A stretch of 64,000 nt of DNA from the IMG/VR virus record IMGVR_UViG_3300031851_003771. The stretch is one strand, 5' to 3'. Below are positions 10,253 through 19,875 of this stretch, in pieces. Each line of letters opens with the position of its first letter. Position 1 is the first letter of the stretch. The position numbers were made by a program, and so were the translations under genes. This DNA comes from an uncultured virus (IMG/VR IMGVR_UViG_3300031851_003771) (lineage: Duplodnaviria > Heunggongvirae > Uroviricota > Caudoviricetes). The notes beneath the pieces were generated by a model. That model did no database searches. It was not told where the DNA came from and saw nothing but the letters and a program-made list of their open reading frames with translations.

Positions 10253-11699
10253 CTTCTAATTCCTTTTCTTGTTTCTTAGATATAGATTCTCCTGTTTGAG
10301 CTTTTACACTATGATCTAATTGCTCATTCATTAAGTCTGCCATTTCTGGAAAAGTTTTACAGAAGTCTGTTCCTCGTTGTTTGTCTAAAGTTGTTAGGTA
10401 TTCTCTGAACTCAGGCATACGTCTAGACCAGTCTTCACTCATCATAAACTTGATCATACCTTGCAATCTTTTCATACCATAACTGGCGTTCATAAAGGAT
10501 TCTTTATCTGGTGCACCAGATAACTTCCAGTTTTCTTCTAGCCAAGGATAAAACTCTTCATACTTTTGTTTTACTTTATTTTTAAACCATTGTGGTAATG
10601 ATTTTACATTTAATTGTCCAGGCCAGTACACAAAATGATAATTCAACATTCCTGCACCAAACGGCCATATATTAATCTTCTTGAAATTTTGTTCGGCTTT
10701 CCATTTGATGAAATCTGGTATGTAATAAATGTTCAAGGCCTGTACTGCACAGGCTATTGTTACTTCAACTTTATCTTCTGTGTTATCAAGTAAATGAAAT
10801 TGCTTCATTGTGTGATCCCATTTCGAAGGATGCCTAATATAATCATTCATTTCATAGATACTATCAACACTGTAATGAAAACGCACTCTTTTAAAATGAC
10901 TCCATAATTTAAATATTCTGTCTGGCATTTCAACTGCATTTGAATTGTACCTTAACTCAATCTTGTGTGCGTATCCTCTTTTGACTACTTCTTCTAGTAG
11001 TGTGTAGTGTTCTTCTATGATTGTTGATTCGCCACCTGCAAAATATAACTGATACATATGAGGTATCTGTTCATATAACTGATCCCAAAACTTAGGATTA
11101 TCTTTGTGCCAGTTATAACCTGCTCCGTGTAACTTGCCTTTGTTGTCCCAACTCATTGTATCTTTTAAAGTTTTATTTTGTATCTGTGGATACACCTTAT
11201 TCCAATCTTTGACCCATAATGAACTATCGTGTGGACTACACATCACACAGGCTAGGTTACATTTAGATCCCATACGTAAATCTAAATATCGAATCTTGGG
11301 TGGTATCGATCCATCTTCAGCTGTTTCACCGATCATTTCATCGATTGTATATCTATTAAGCCAGTAATCAGTTTCCCACATTCTTTTTGAGTTGTGTCCT
11401 GCGTCTTCTTCTTTGTAGCACTTTAAACAGCTCGGTGGTTTTTCTCCTGCCAACATCTGCTTACGAACGTTTTTCATATAGTCGTTATTCCAGGCTTCCA
11501 TTAAATTTGAATTGTTTAAGTTTGCTGGTTTACCGCTTTCTGTTCTCAATACACCAACTTGACCTCCGTGTTCTTTGTCATTTGTCGCACCTACACTACT
11601 AGCATTCGCGGTACAGCATACTCGCATATTTCCGTCTGGCCTAGTTGATAAGTGCATCCACGGTAATGCACAAAACGTTTTTGATGGAAGTTTCTTCAT
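10236..11699 (-). CDS. Twitch-domain radical SAM protein
   Basis: CALPW...VCC...CLKC; CNLACVMC; GGES; likely start MKKLPSK at 11699. Confidence 0.9.
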   Translation of the reverse strand: MKKLPSKTFCALPWMHLSTRPDGNMRVCCTANASSVGATNDKEHGGQVGVLRTESGKPANLNNSNLMEAWNNDYMKNVRKQMLAGEKPPSCLKCYKEEDAGHNSKRMWETDYWLNRYTIDEMIGETAEDGSIPPKIRYLDLRMGSKCNLACVMCSPHDSSLWVKDWNKVYPQIQNKTLKDTMSWDNKGKLHGAGYNWHKDNPKFWDQLYEQIPHMYQLYFAGGESTIIEEHYTLLEEVVKRGYAHKIELRYNSNAVEMPDRIFKLWSHFKRVRFHYSVDSIYEMNDYIRHPSKWDHTMKQFHLLDNTEDKVEVTIACAVQALNIYYIPDFIKWKAEQNFKKINIWPFGAGMLNYHFVYWPGQLNVKSLPQWFKNKVKQKYEEFYPWLEENWKLSGAPDKESFMNASYGMKRLQGMIKFMMSEDWSRRMPEFREYLTTLDKQRGTDFCKTFPEMADLMNEQLDHSVKAQTGESISKKQEKELEDGGTI

Positions 11700-11715
11700 T
11701 TTACTATACTTACCT

Positions 11716-12810
11716 TTATTTAAATTGTGCCGCAAATGGATCAAACTCTGCTCCACATTTCATTGCACATACTTTTAGTTTGCCGTTATCACAACCTTTG
11801 ATATCCCAACTTTGTTGAATACTATCAAATATTCCTGTTTCAAATACTTTTTCTAATCCTTTAGTTGCGTCTAAAAATCCTTTGCCACCTGCTTCATCTA
11901 TATGATTCCATATCTGTTCTATCTTAGGATCTTTATGCCACCATTTGTACATTCGTCCTGCTGTCCAACAACAAGGTAATGCTAGTCCTTCAGCTGTAAT
12001 GTATAAACTATTTTCTTTAGCTACTTTACAGATTATAGGTGCTTGGTCATAATACTTGTCCATTGACCCATACTTTTTTACTAATATATCATACTTTGAT
12101 AATTCTTTATTTTGATATTTTGCATCTGGCTTTTTCAATAATGTTGTTTCTTTACCTTTTCTATTAACTGCTTGGTGTTGTTCTTTCTTTACTGAATTCG
12201 ATGAAATAAATCTACCGGTCTTTTTAGAAGTAAAACTTTCAAAACCAATTTCTTCAGATAATTTTTTAGCTTTTTCTACTTGATGTTGATTATGATCAAA
12301 AATTAAATAATCCCATCTAGCTTTGCCGCCTGCACCACAAAATGCTCTCATTGACTGTTCAACCATTTTCCAGTTTACATTCTGTCTATATAAATGATTT
12401 GTTTCTTCTAGTCCGTCAACACTAAAAATTACATATCCATTATTACCAAATACTTTTGCTAATTGTTTCCACCATTGTGGTTTCTGTGCACCAGCATTTG
12501 TATTCATACTTAAAGACATAGTTGGATTATGTTGTCTAAAATATGCAAATACTTCAAGTGTATCATTGGCAACTATAGGATCTCCCAGGTTACCACACAT
12601 ATACATTTTTTTTAATTGCTTAATAAAACTTGGTTTGAAAATATTCTTACAATCTTGTAGTGTCAGTTCGTTTAGATTAATATGTGGATTGAGATCTCCT
12701 CCATTCTGATTACGGTCACACATAGGACAAGCCGCTTGGCATTTTTGTGTTATTTCCAGATGAATAGTTTTGATATCAGAAATGTTATACATATAATTAT
12801 TTAATTCCAA
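11716..12810 (-). CDS. Radical SAM protein with C-terminal twitch/SPASM domain
   Basis: CQAACPMC, CGNLGDP, FSVDG; C-terminal C...LPCC...CAMKCG. Confidence 0.9.
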   Translation of the reverse strand: MELNNYMYNISDIKTIHLEITQKCQAACPMCDRNQNGGDLNPHINLNELTLQDCKNIFKPSFIKQLKKMYMCGNLGDPIVANDTLEVFAYFRQHNPTMSLSMNTNAGAQKPQWWKQLAKVFGNNGYVIFSVDGLEETNHLYRQNVNWKMVEQSMRAFCGAGGKARWDYLIFDHNQHQVEKAKKLSEEIGFESFTSKKTGRFISSNSVKKEQHQAVNRKGKETTLLKKPDAKYQNKELSKYDILVKKYGSMDKYYDQAPIICKVAKENSLYITAEGLALPCCWTAGRMYKWWHKDPKIEQIWNHIDEAGGKGFLDATKGLEKVFETGIFDSIQQSWDIKGCDNGKLKVCAMKCGAEFDPFAAQFK

Positions 12811-13561
12811 TTTTCATATAACGAGAATACTTGTCTAGTACAAGTTCTCCCTGATACAATGTTTTCTCCATTGCTGTCTGTTCTGAAAAATCCTCAACAG
12901 ATTTAGAACAGTTTATATGTTCATCAAGATCAAAATAATTGTTTGTTTGTAATATTAATATTTTGCCATCGGGTATATTATTGTACCATTTTTTAAAATC
13001 TTCTATATGTTCACAGCTGGTGTTAATAATAGTATCCGGGGAATCTGTTAATTCACAAATCGAACCATCTGATCTATTTACATTATATACGTGTGTTGAA
13101 TAATTTATATCGTGTATATCTTGGGTTGATGATTTAAACTGCCAATCTTTCATTACCCAAGGTTTGTTAAAAGTTTCTGCTATCTTCCAACAACTGTTGT
13201 CTATATCAAAACTTCTAATTTTTTTAATTGTTAAATCTTCTTCAAATAGCATTGTAGCCAATGTGGCATACCAACCCGCACAAAGAAATATAGTGCCTAG
13301 ATCTAAATCTAATTTTTTTAACTCAGTGACTAACCATAATTTACTCTGTATTTGTCCTCTGGCTAGACAGTCGTCAGCAAAACTAGTATCTTCACGCAAT
13401 TTACGATATGCTGTAATTAATTGGCTGTTGGAAAAGGATTCTAATAGTCTAAATAAACTATGTTGATCTCCATCTATATGGAATCTTCTAAGATCTTCAA
13501 ATCTTTTATCATTAGGAAATAATAGTTCATATCTATCTAATATCTCGTGTATTTTCATCAT
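12797..13561 (-). CDS. Putative SAM-dependent methyltransferase
   Basis: Rossmann-like FLCAGWYA, acidic RSFDID, INTSCEH. Confidence 0.65.
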   Translation of the reverse strand: MMKIHEILDRYELLFPNDKRFEDLRRFHIDGDQHSLFRLLESFSNSQLITAYRKLREDTSFADDCLARGQIQSKLWLVTELKKLDLDLGTIFLCAGWYATLATMLFEEDLTIKKIRSFDIDNSCWKIAETFNKPWVMKDWQFKSSTQDIHDINYSTHVYNVNRSDGSICELTDSPDTIINTSCEHIEDFKKWYNNIPDGKILILQTNNYFDLDEHINCSKSVEDFSEQTAMEKTLYQGELVLDKYSRYMKIGIK

Positions 13562-14234
13562 ACTGATCCTTTAGCCAATCGAAATCGTTTATATTGTTTA
13601 GTTTAGCAGGATTATCTTGATACGTCAATCCATAATGCCTGCCAGCGATTGCTCCTGCGATACAGTATTTGCCAAATTCTTTATCTTCGCCTTTTGTACA
13701 CCATATATTTAACCTCTCGTCAGTCTCATTGTCCTTCTGTTTTTCAATAATTTTACTAGATAATTTTGTACATTCTCTAAAGGCACTTTTCCAAGTATTA
13801 AACGGATCTGTGTTGAATCTGGTTGTGTTACTGACTGCAGGCATTGGTTTAAACTTACTTGCTCCGCCTACAGAACTAGTAAAATCAATATTCCAATCAG
13901 TTGCTTTCCTTAAAGTTTGTGTTGGAAAAAGTTTTACTCCTCCGTATCCATATATCAAATTGTTTATTGGATTGCGACAACGCCAGACGTGTATCTTATC
14001 TAGATCCCATTCCGTTGGTTTATATGTAAAATCAAAATGAGAATCTAAGTCAGCATCAGCATCAACCACATAAAACATTTCAGTGTATGCTTGTTGTGAG
14101 CATTGTTGATGAGCATTAAAGATTCCTTTAACACCTTGCACACGTCTTGCCCACGGAAACTTACTTTTTAAAGTGTCAAATGTTTCGTTTGCAAACTTTT
14201 CTTTATAGCTTAAATGAAATATATCGTAGGACAT
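13533..14234 (-). CDS. Glycosyltransferase-like protein (GT-A, DxD)
   Basis: FYVVDADA DxD motif, YGGVKL. Confidence 0.55.
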   Translation of the reverse strand: MSYDIFHLSYKEKFANETFDTLKSKFPWARRVQGVKGIFNAHQQCSQQAYTEMFYVVDADADLDSHFDFTYKPTEWDLDKIHVWRCRNPINNLIYGYGGVKLFPTQTLRKATDWNIDFTSSVGGASKFKPMPAVSNTTRFNTDPFNTWKSAFRECTKLSSKIIEKQKDNETDERLNIWCTKGEDKEFGKYCIAGAIAGRHYGLTYQDNPAKLNNINDFDWLKDQYDENTRDIR

Positions 14235-14821
14235 TAATCACGCGAATCTTCAATTCTATCAATCAACCCAAATTTCATTGCTTCAGTAGGGTTCATAAAA
14301 TTATCACGTTCCATTGCTTCATTAATTGTTTCTAATGCTGTTCCAGTGTGTTTAGCATACAATCCATTTAATGTTGCTTTTGTCTTTTGAATTTCTTTTG
14401 CGTGTATTTGTATGTCAGTTGCTTGTCCTGAAAAGCCACCGCTGGGTTGATGTATCATTATTTTACTATGTGGTAAACTAATTCTTTTACCTTTTGCACC
14501 TGCCATTAGTAATAAAGAACCTGCACTAGCGGCCTGTCCTATACATACTGTTGATATATCTGGTTTTACATATTGCATTGTGTCGTACATTGCTAATCCA
14601 GATGATACAACACCACCAGGACTATTAATATACATAAAGATATCTTTCTTTTGATCAACAGACTCTAAAAATAATAACTGAGCACAAACTACACTTGATA
14701 CTGAATCATTAATCGGTCCGTTAATAAAAATGATACGTTCTTTTAAAAGTCTACTAAAAATATCATAACTTCGTTCTCCTCTTGAAGTTTGATCAATAAC
14801 CATTGGTATTAAATTACTCAT
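14234..14821 (-). CDS. clpP: ATP-dependent Clp protease proteolytic subunit
   Basis: [25 protein letters not shown] (Ser), MIHQP (His), RDNF (Asp); start MSNLIP at 14821. Confidence 0.97.
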   Translation of the reverse strand: MSNLIPMVIDQTSRGERSYDIFSRLLKERIIFINGPINDSVSSVVCAQLLFLESVDQKKDIFMYINSPGGVVSSGLAMYDTMQYVKPDISTVCIGQAASAGSLLLMAGAKGKRISLPHSKIMIHQPSGGFSGQATDIQIHAKEIQKTKATLNGLYAKHTGTALETINEAMERDNFMNPTEAMKFGLIDRIEDSRD

Positions 14822-14845
14822 ATATTTTTCCTTTTTGTATTCTTT

Positions 14846-14873
14846 ATTATAACACAATTTTGTTAAATGTCAA
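14846..14873 (-). promoter_or_regulatory. Sigma70-type promoter upstream of clpP and the radical SAM operon
   Basis: TTGACA-16nt-TATAAT on minus strand. Confidence 0.75.
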
Positions 14874-16350
14874 ATTTAACACCTTGTGCTAATGGTAAAT
14901 CTGATCCATAATTTACAGTGACCGTAGATCTTTTCATATACTGTTTCCAAGCATCAGATCCTGATTCTCTTCCACCACCTGTATCTTTCTCTCCACCAAA
15001 GGCACCACCTATTTCTGCACCAGATGGACCGATGTTGATATTAACTATTCCACAATCAGATCCATTTGCTCCAATAAATCTTTCTGCTTCTTGTAAGTTA
15101 TCAGTAAAAATACAACTGCTTAATCCTTGAGGTACATCATTTTGTATTTTAATTGCTTCGTCTAATGACTCATACCCAATCACATACAAAATAGGAGCGA
15201 ATGTTTCTTGTTGTACTATCGCATCTGGTTTTGTTAATTCAACAACTGCTGGTTTAACATATGTATCTCCTACAACTTCTCCACCGTGTACAATGTGGCC
15301 ATTTGTTTTACAATAAGTCAATACTTCTTGCATTTTATCAATAGCTTGTTTGTTAATCATAGGTCCCATTAAAGTATTCTCACTAAAAGGATCACCTGGT
15401 GTTATTGTAGCATATGCTTTGACTACTTTAGCGACTAAATCTTGTTTAATACTATTATGCACTATCAATCTTCGTAGTGATGTACATCGTTGACCAGACG
15501 TGCCAACAGCACTGAACACTATACTTTTGACTGCTAGTTTTTGATTTGCTTCAGGAGTTACAATCATTGCATTGTTTCCTCCTAACTCCATAATTAGTTT
15601 TCCAAATCTTTTTTGTACTATCGGTGCCAATGATCTACCCATATCACTGCTACCTGTTAAACTTACGACTTTGATACGTGGATCTAGACAAATATTTTCT
15701 GCTTGAGTATTTAGACCCATATGCATTAGAAGAACATCTTTAGCCCAACTTAGACTTGCATCATCACAAGTTTTATCCCATATGGATTTTAACATTAAAG
15801 ATATAAAAGGTGTCTTCGGTGATGGTTTCCATAATACTACATTACCACCCACTGTCGCTATTGCAAAATTCCAACTCCATACTGCGGCTGGGAAATTAAA
15901 TGCACTTACTACTCCGACAGTACCGTACGGATTCCACATCTCTTGCATTCTATGATCTTGTCTTTCACTTGGCATAGTCAATCCATATAACTGTCTCGAC
16001 AATCCAACTGCAAAATCACAGATGTCAATTACTTCTTGTATTTCTCCTAGACTTTCTTGGTATACTTTTCCATTTTCTAAAGTTATCATTTTTGATAAAT
16101 CTTCTTTGGCTTCTCTCACTGCATTACCAAACAACCTTATCATCTCTCCTCTTTTAGGAGCAGGATAATTTTTCCATTGTTCAAATGTCTTCTCTAACGT
16201 AATTAGACTGTGGTCTAAATCGTCATTCCAATTTTCTGAAAATGATCCTAATTGCGATCCATCAATTGGCGTATGGACATCTTTTCCGCTGGTTGTAACT
16301 GTTATATTATATTTTTGTACTAAAGATTCAAATAAAGTTTTATAATTCAT
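14863..16350 (-). CDS. Aldehyde dehydrogenase, ALDH7 / piperideine-6-carboxylate dehydrogenase-like
   Basis: [50 protein letters not shown]. Confidence 0.92.
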   Translation of the reverse strand: MNYKTLFESLVQKYNITVTTSGKDVHTPIDGSQLGSFSENWNDDLDHSLITLEKTFEQWKNYPAPKRGEMIRLFGNAVREAKEDLSKMITLENGKVYQESLGEIQEVIDICDFAVGLSRQLYGLTMPSERQDHRMQEMWNPYGTVGVVSAFNFPAAVWSWNFAIATVGGNVVLWKPSPKTPFISLMLKSIWDKTCDDASLSWAKDVLLMHMGLNTQAENICLDPRIKVVSLTGSSDMGRSLAPIVQKRFGKLIMELGGNNAMIVTPEANQKLAVKSIVFSAVGTSGQRCTSLRRLIVHNSIKQDLVAKVVKAYATITPGDPFSENTLMGPMINKQAIDKMQEVLTYCKTNGHIVHGGEVVGDTYVKPAVVELTKPDAIVQQETFAPILYVIGYESLDEAIKIQNDVPQGLSSCIFTDNLQEAERFIGANGSDCGIVNINIGPSGAEIGGAFGGEKDTGGGRESGSDAWKQYMKRSTVTVNYGSDLPLAQGVKFDI

Positions 16351-16372
16351 ATTTTATTATACTATATTATTG

Positions 16373-16681
16373 TTATATGTTCAAGATAAATCTAGCCTCT
16401 TCACTCATCATTTCTGGACCAAATGGTGGATCAAATGTAGTGATGATCATACACTCTTGTACTCCTTCTACAGATTCAGTAGCATATTTGATGTCTTCAA
16501 TAATTTGATCTGCGGCTGGACAAAATGCAGATGTTAATGTGTGTGTAACTGTAACTTTAGGCAACTCTAATAAATCTATATCATAGATTAAACCTAAGTC
16601 ATATATGTTAATTGAAATTTCCGGGTCGTGTACTTCTTTTAAATTTTTAATTATTTCTTCTTTTAACTGCTCTGTTTCCAT
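16373..16681 (-). CDS. DUF59/SufT-type Fe-S cluster assembly protein
   Basis: DPEISINIYDLGLIY, TLTSAFCP. Confidence 0.9.
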   Translation of the reverse strand: METEQLKEEIIKNLKEVHDPEISINIYDLGLIYDIDLLELPKVTVTHTLTSAFCPAADQIIEDIKYATESVEGVQECMIITTFDPPFGPEMMSEEARFILNI

Positions 16682-17250
16682 TAAACAGCCTCTACACGAT
16701 TTACTTCTGGTATGTAATGCCTTAGCATATTCTCAATCCCCATCTTCAAGGTTGCTGTTGAACTCGGGCAACCAGAACAGGCTCCAAACATTTCTAAATA
16801 AACCACACCATTATCAAAACTGTGGAAAATAATATCACCACCATCTTGTGCTACAGCAGGTCTTACACGTTCATCAAGTAGTTGAATTATTTTTCTTTCA
16901 ACATCACTTTTATCACCTGCTTCTAAATCAATATTTTCAACAGACCATTTTGATTCATCTTCGATTAAAAAAGGATCTCCTGTATTATCATAATCTTCAA
17001 TTATTTCTAATATAGGCTGTTTTAGTAATGGCCATTCAACTGATGGGTCTTTTCCAACAGTTATAAAATTGCTACCAAGAAATACGTCATCAACACCGTG
17101 TACTCTAAAAAGTGAATATGCAACAGGAGATTGGTCATTGTCGTAATCTGTTTCTTTTTTAAAAAACTTAGGTGCACCTTCTCCCATTACTGGTCTACTT
17201 GTAACAAACTTAATGGCATTAGGATTTGGGGTTGACTCTATTGTTATCAT
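16681..17250 (-). CDS. nifU: NifU/NfuA family Fe-S carrier
   Basis: TPNPNAIKF N-domain; RPAVAQDGGD, GACSGCPSS. Confidence 0.93.
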   Translation of the reverse strand: MITIESTPNPNAIKFVTSRPVMGEGAPKFFKKETDYDNDQSPVAYSLFRVHGVDDVFLGSNFITVGKDPSVEWPLLKQPILEIIEDYDNTGDPFLIEDESKWSVENIDLEAGDKSDVERKIIQLLDERVRPAVAQDGGDIIFHSFDNGVVYLEMFGACSGCPSSTATLKMGIENMLRHYIPEVNRVEAV

Positions 17251-17262
17251 TTTATTCTCCTA

Positions 17263-17577
17263 TTATTCTGCTTCAACGGTAACTTGTAAAGGGTGACCAG
17301 CGGATCTAGCCATTGTTGTACACTCAATTGATTTTTGTTCTGCAATCTCATATGAATACGTTCCAACGACCGCTTTGCCTTTATCGTGAATTAATCTAGT
17401 AAGTTCATCAGCAGTATCTGGTGTATGATAAAATATATCAATCAGTAGCTTACTAACAAAATCCATAGGTGTAAAATCATCATTAATAAAAACAACGTGA
17501 TACTTTCCAGGTATTTTAATTTGATCTTTAGTCTGGGCTACTTGATTTGATTTCGGGCTTGATTGTTCTTTTGACAT
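17263..17577 (-). CDS. clpS: Clp protease adaptor ClpS
   Basis: NDDFTPMDFV, IHDKGKAVVG, EIAEQK, GHPL. Confidence 0.93.
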   Translation of the reverse strand: MSKEQSSPKSNQVAQTKDQIKIPGKYHVVFINDDFTPMDFVSKLLIDIFYHTPDTADELTRLIHDKGKAVVGTYSYEIAEQKSIECTTMARSAGHPLQVTVEAE

Positions 17578-17580
17578 ATA

Positions 17581-18096
17581 CTATTTTCTTTCAGTAGTTA
17601 CGTCTGGTAAGACGTAATTCTTTTGTTCTGTTTTATCTTGGTTATCTTGGTTATCATTTTTCTTTTTACCAACTACACTTTTAAATTCTACTGGATATGG
17701 TCTTCCTTTAGCTTGTTTCTTTATATCCTGTAACTGTTTATGTAATTGTTTTGTATAGTATACACTAATACTGCGTGGATGTCTATCGTTATTAACCAAG
17801 TTAGTTAGCCAATTTTTATTCTTATTTCTTTTTATAACCCATACATTGATGCGTTCTTGTCCTTCTGGAACGTGGTAGCTAATTAAAAAGAACTTTCCTG
17901 TAGGAAATTCAGTCTGATGTGGCCAACCATACATACTTTCTAATGAAAGATGTAAACATATAACAGTAAGCACAGCAATAGTTGAAGAAAATATTCTTGT
18001 GAATAATTTTAACTTACTGACGTATGCTAATACTAATACCAAGAAACTAACCAATATTGCTACTCCAATAACAACTAAAGTGTGTGCTAAAATCAT
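17581..18096 (-). CDS. Membrane protein with two N-terminal TM segments
   Basis: Two hydrophobic stretches then a soluble domain; coupled to the upstream gene. Confidence 0.7.
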   Translation of the reverse strand: MILAHTLVVIGVAILVSFLVLVLAYVSKLKLFTRIFSSTIAVLTVICLHLSLESMYGWPHQTEFPTGKFFLISYHVPEGQERINVWVIKRNKNKNWLTNLVNNDRHPRSISVYYTKQLHKQLQDIKKQAKGRPYPVEFKSVVGKKKNDNQDNQDKTEQKNYVLPDVTTERK

Positions 18097-18740
18097 TATG
18101 GTGTTACTCCATTAGTTTTTGATTTTTCTAAAACTAAAGGATAGTCCAGCTGATTGGAACCAATTACAGCACCTTCACTATCTATTGTAAATCTTAAAAA
18201 AGTTACTTCATCCCCAGTGCCTGTGAGTATCTTTTTTCCTGTCCATACTAATTTGTAAGGATTCAACTTTTCAATTTTTACTGATACTTCCATCGTTTGG
18301 CTAACAACTGCATTGGTTTCTCCAACTCTTCCGTTGGCTTTAGAAAACCAGTGTGCATTCACTATGTATTCTCCGGGAACTATACCTCTAATTGTTACGT
18401 GTTCTTCATTGAAATCTGTCGTGTAAGATCCTGCATCAGTTATAACTATATCATTAGAATAACCTAAGTCATCTCTATCTAGATTTATAAGTCCTTTATC
18501 TCTTTGTCTAAAGTAGACTATATTTTTTTGAGGATCCATAACATATAAGTCTATATCATCTTTGCTTTCTTTTGGCCAGCTCATTGTTATTATAAATTCT
18601 GCTTTCACAATAACATCACCTTTTTTTGTTATAGGATTTATTAATAGGAAAGCAACTATGAATAACATAGCCAACCCGATTGTTATATTAAACAAAAGGT
18701 CTATGAAAGCAACACTAGATTTATATTTTTCTCGTCTCAT
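18096..18740 (-). CDS. ExbD/MotB-like single-TM protein with YfaP/DUF2135-like domain
   Basis: AFIDLLF TM with conserved Asp; DDIDLYVMDP, LDRDD, NEEHV, GEYIVNAH. Confidence 0.6.
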   Translation of the reverse strand: MRREKYKSSVAFIDLLFNITIGLAMLFIVAFLLINPITKKGDVIVKAEFIITMSWPKESKDDIDLYVMDPQKNIVYFRQRDKGLINLDRDDLGYSNDIVITDAGSYTTDFNEEHVTIRGIVPGEYIVNAHWFSKANGRVGETNAVVSQTMEVSVKIEKLNPYKLVWTGKKILTGTGDEVTFLRFTIDSEGAVIGSNQLDYPLVLEKSKTNGVTP

Positions 18741-19254
18741 TGGCTTTTAACTTCACATAATTGTCAAAATGTACTTCTAATCTAAAGTATTCAAGTTTAA
18801 GAACTAATCCGGCTGTTAGACCAACTAATGTTGTGTAAAGTGCTGTACTCATACCTAAACTCATATTCTTTAAACTCTGTTGTACACTCTCAGTATCATT
18901 AACGTTTAAGTCAGAGAACACACCATATAACATAAGAATGAATCCACTAACTGTACCAATTAGACCTAAAGTTAAACATATCTCACTAGCAAACCAACCA
19001 AACTCATATCTACTTTTCAAAGAAGGATCTAAAGGCAAATTTTGTCTTTGTATTTTTGACAATATCCAGGATTGCCGTCCGCAATATAATGACATCACTG
19101 TAAACAATGATAAAATTATAAAACTTATTTTAGTTTGATCCGCTGTCCATATTGCTTCAAATACGCCTAGTGTGTAACATATAAAGGTGATTAGTATCAA
19201 AGAACAAAAGAACCACCACCATTCAAGAAAAGTTTTATTATTATTGTGTTGCAT
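18721..19254 (-). CDS. MotA/TolQ/ExbB proton-channel family protein
   Basis: LGLIGTVSG and GMSTALYTTLVGL signature helices. Confidence 0.8.
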   Translation of the reverse strand: MQHNNNKTFLEWWWFFCSLILITFICYTLGVFEAIWTADQTKISFIILSLFTVMSLYCGRQSWILSKIQRQNLPLDPSLKSRYEFGWFASEICLTLGLIGTVSGFILMLYGVFSDLNVNDTESVQQSLKNMSLGMSTALYTTLVGLTAGLVLKLEYFRLEVHFDNYVKLKANETRKI

Positions 19255-19259
19255 ACAGT

Positions 19260-19267
19260 TATTTATA
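19260..19267 (-). promoter_or_regulatory. T4-type late promoter TATAAATA
   Basis: TATAAATA 5 nt before the ATG at 19254. Confidence 0.65.
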
Positions 19268-19296
19268 AAAAAAAGGTAATGTATGTAATTTAAAAT

Positions 19297-19322
19297 AATA
19301 CTGGGAGTTTCCTCCCAGTATT
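19297..19322 (-). terminator. Intrinsic terminator after hsp20
   Basis: AATACTGGGAG-GAAA-CTCCCAGTATT perfect 11-bp stem followed by ATTTT. Confidence 0.8.
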
Positions 19323-19335
19323 GATAAAGTATTTG

Positions 19336-19779
19336 TTATTTTACTGCAATATTTCTAGCTTTTTTAGATTCTGGAATAATTCTTTCCAAAGAGATTCTAA
19401 GTAAGCCGTCTTTTAACTCTGCACCTTTTACTTCTACATCATCTGCAATAGTAAATGACTTTGAGAAATATCTTTTCGAGATTCCTCTGTGTAATACACC
19501 ATCATTTTCTTTATTTTCATCTGTGTTCTTTACAGATTTTACTGATAAAATATTATCAGCATAGTCCACAGTGATATCTTCTTTTGAGAAACCAGCAAGT
19601 GCAAGTTCTACATCATAAGTGTATTCACCAGTCTTTACAATGTTGTAAGGTGGGAAGTTTACAGTTGGTGCTCTAAAAACATCATCTTCGAACATTCTTT
19701 CGAAATGATCAAACACGTTGTCAAAGCCAATAGTTACTGGACGTAACTGATTAAAAATAGATAGATTGTTTCTTGTCAT
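19336..19779 (-). CDS. Small heat shock protein Hsp20 (IbpA-like)
   Basis: FPPYNIVK, LALAGF, LHRGISKR, AELKDGLL. Confidence 0.95.
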   Translation of the reverse strand: MTRNNLSIFNQLRPVTIGFDNVFDHFERMFEDDVFRAPTVNFPPYNIVKTGEYTYDVELALAGFSKEDITVDYADNILSVKSVKNTDENKENDGVLHRGISKRYFSKSFTIADDVEVKGAELKDGLLRISLERIIPESKKARNIAVK

Positions 19780-19852
19780 AATTGTACTCCTTTGTTAAGC
19801 AAGTTAATATAAATGTAGATCCTATCTAAAGCAATCTACACACTTATTTATA
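19780..19852 (-). promoter_or_regulatory. Late promoter plus ROSE-like thermometer leader of hsp20
   Basis: TATAAATA, hairpin TGTAGATTGCT..AGGATCTACA, then CTTGCTT-AAC-AAAGGAG pairing with the SD. Confidence 0.65.
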
Positions 19853-19875
19853 CAGCAATTACTGTACAAATTCTT

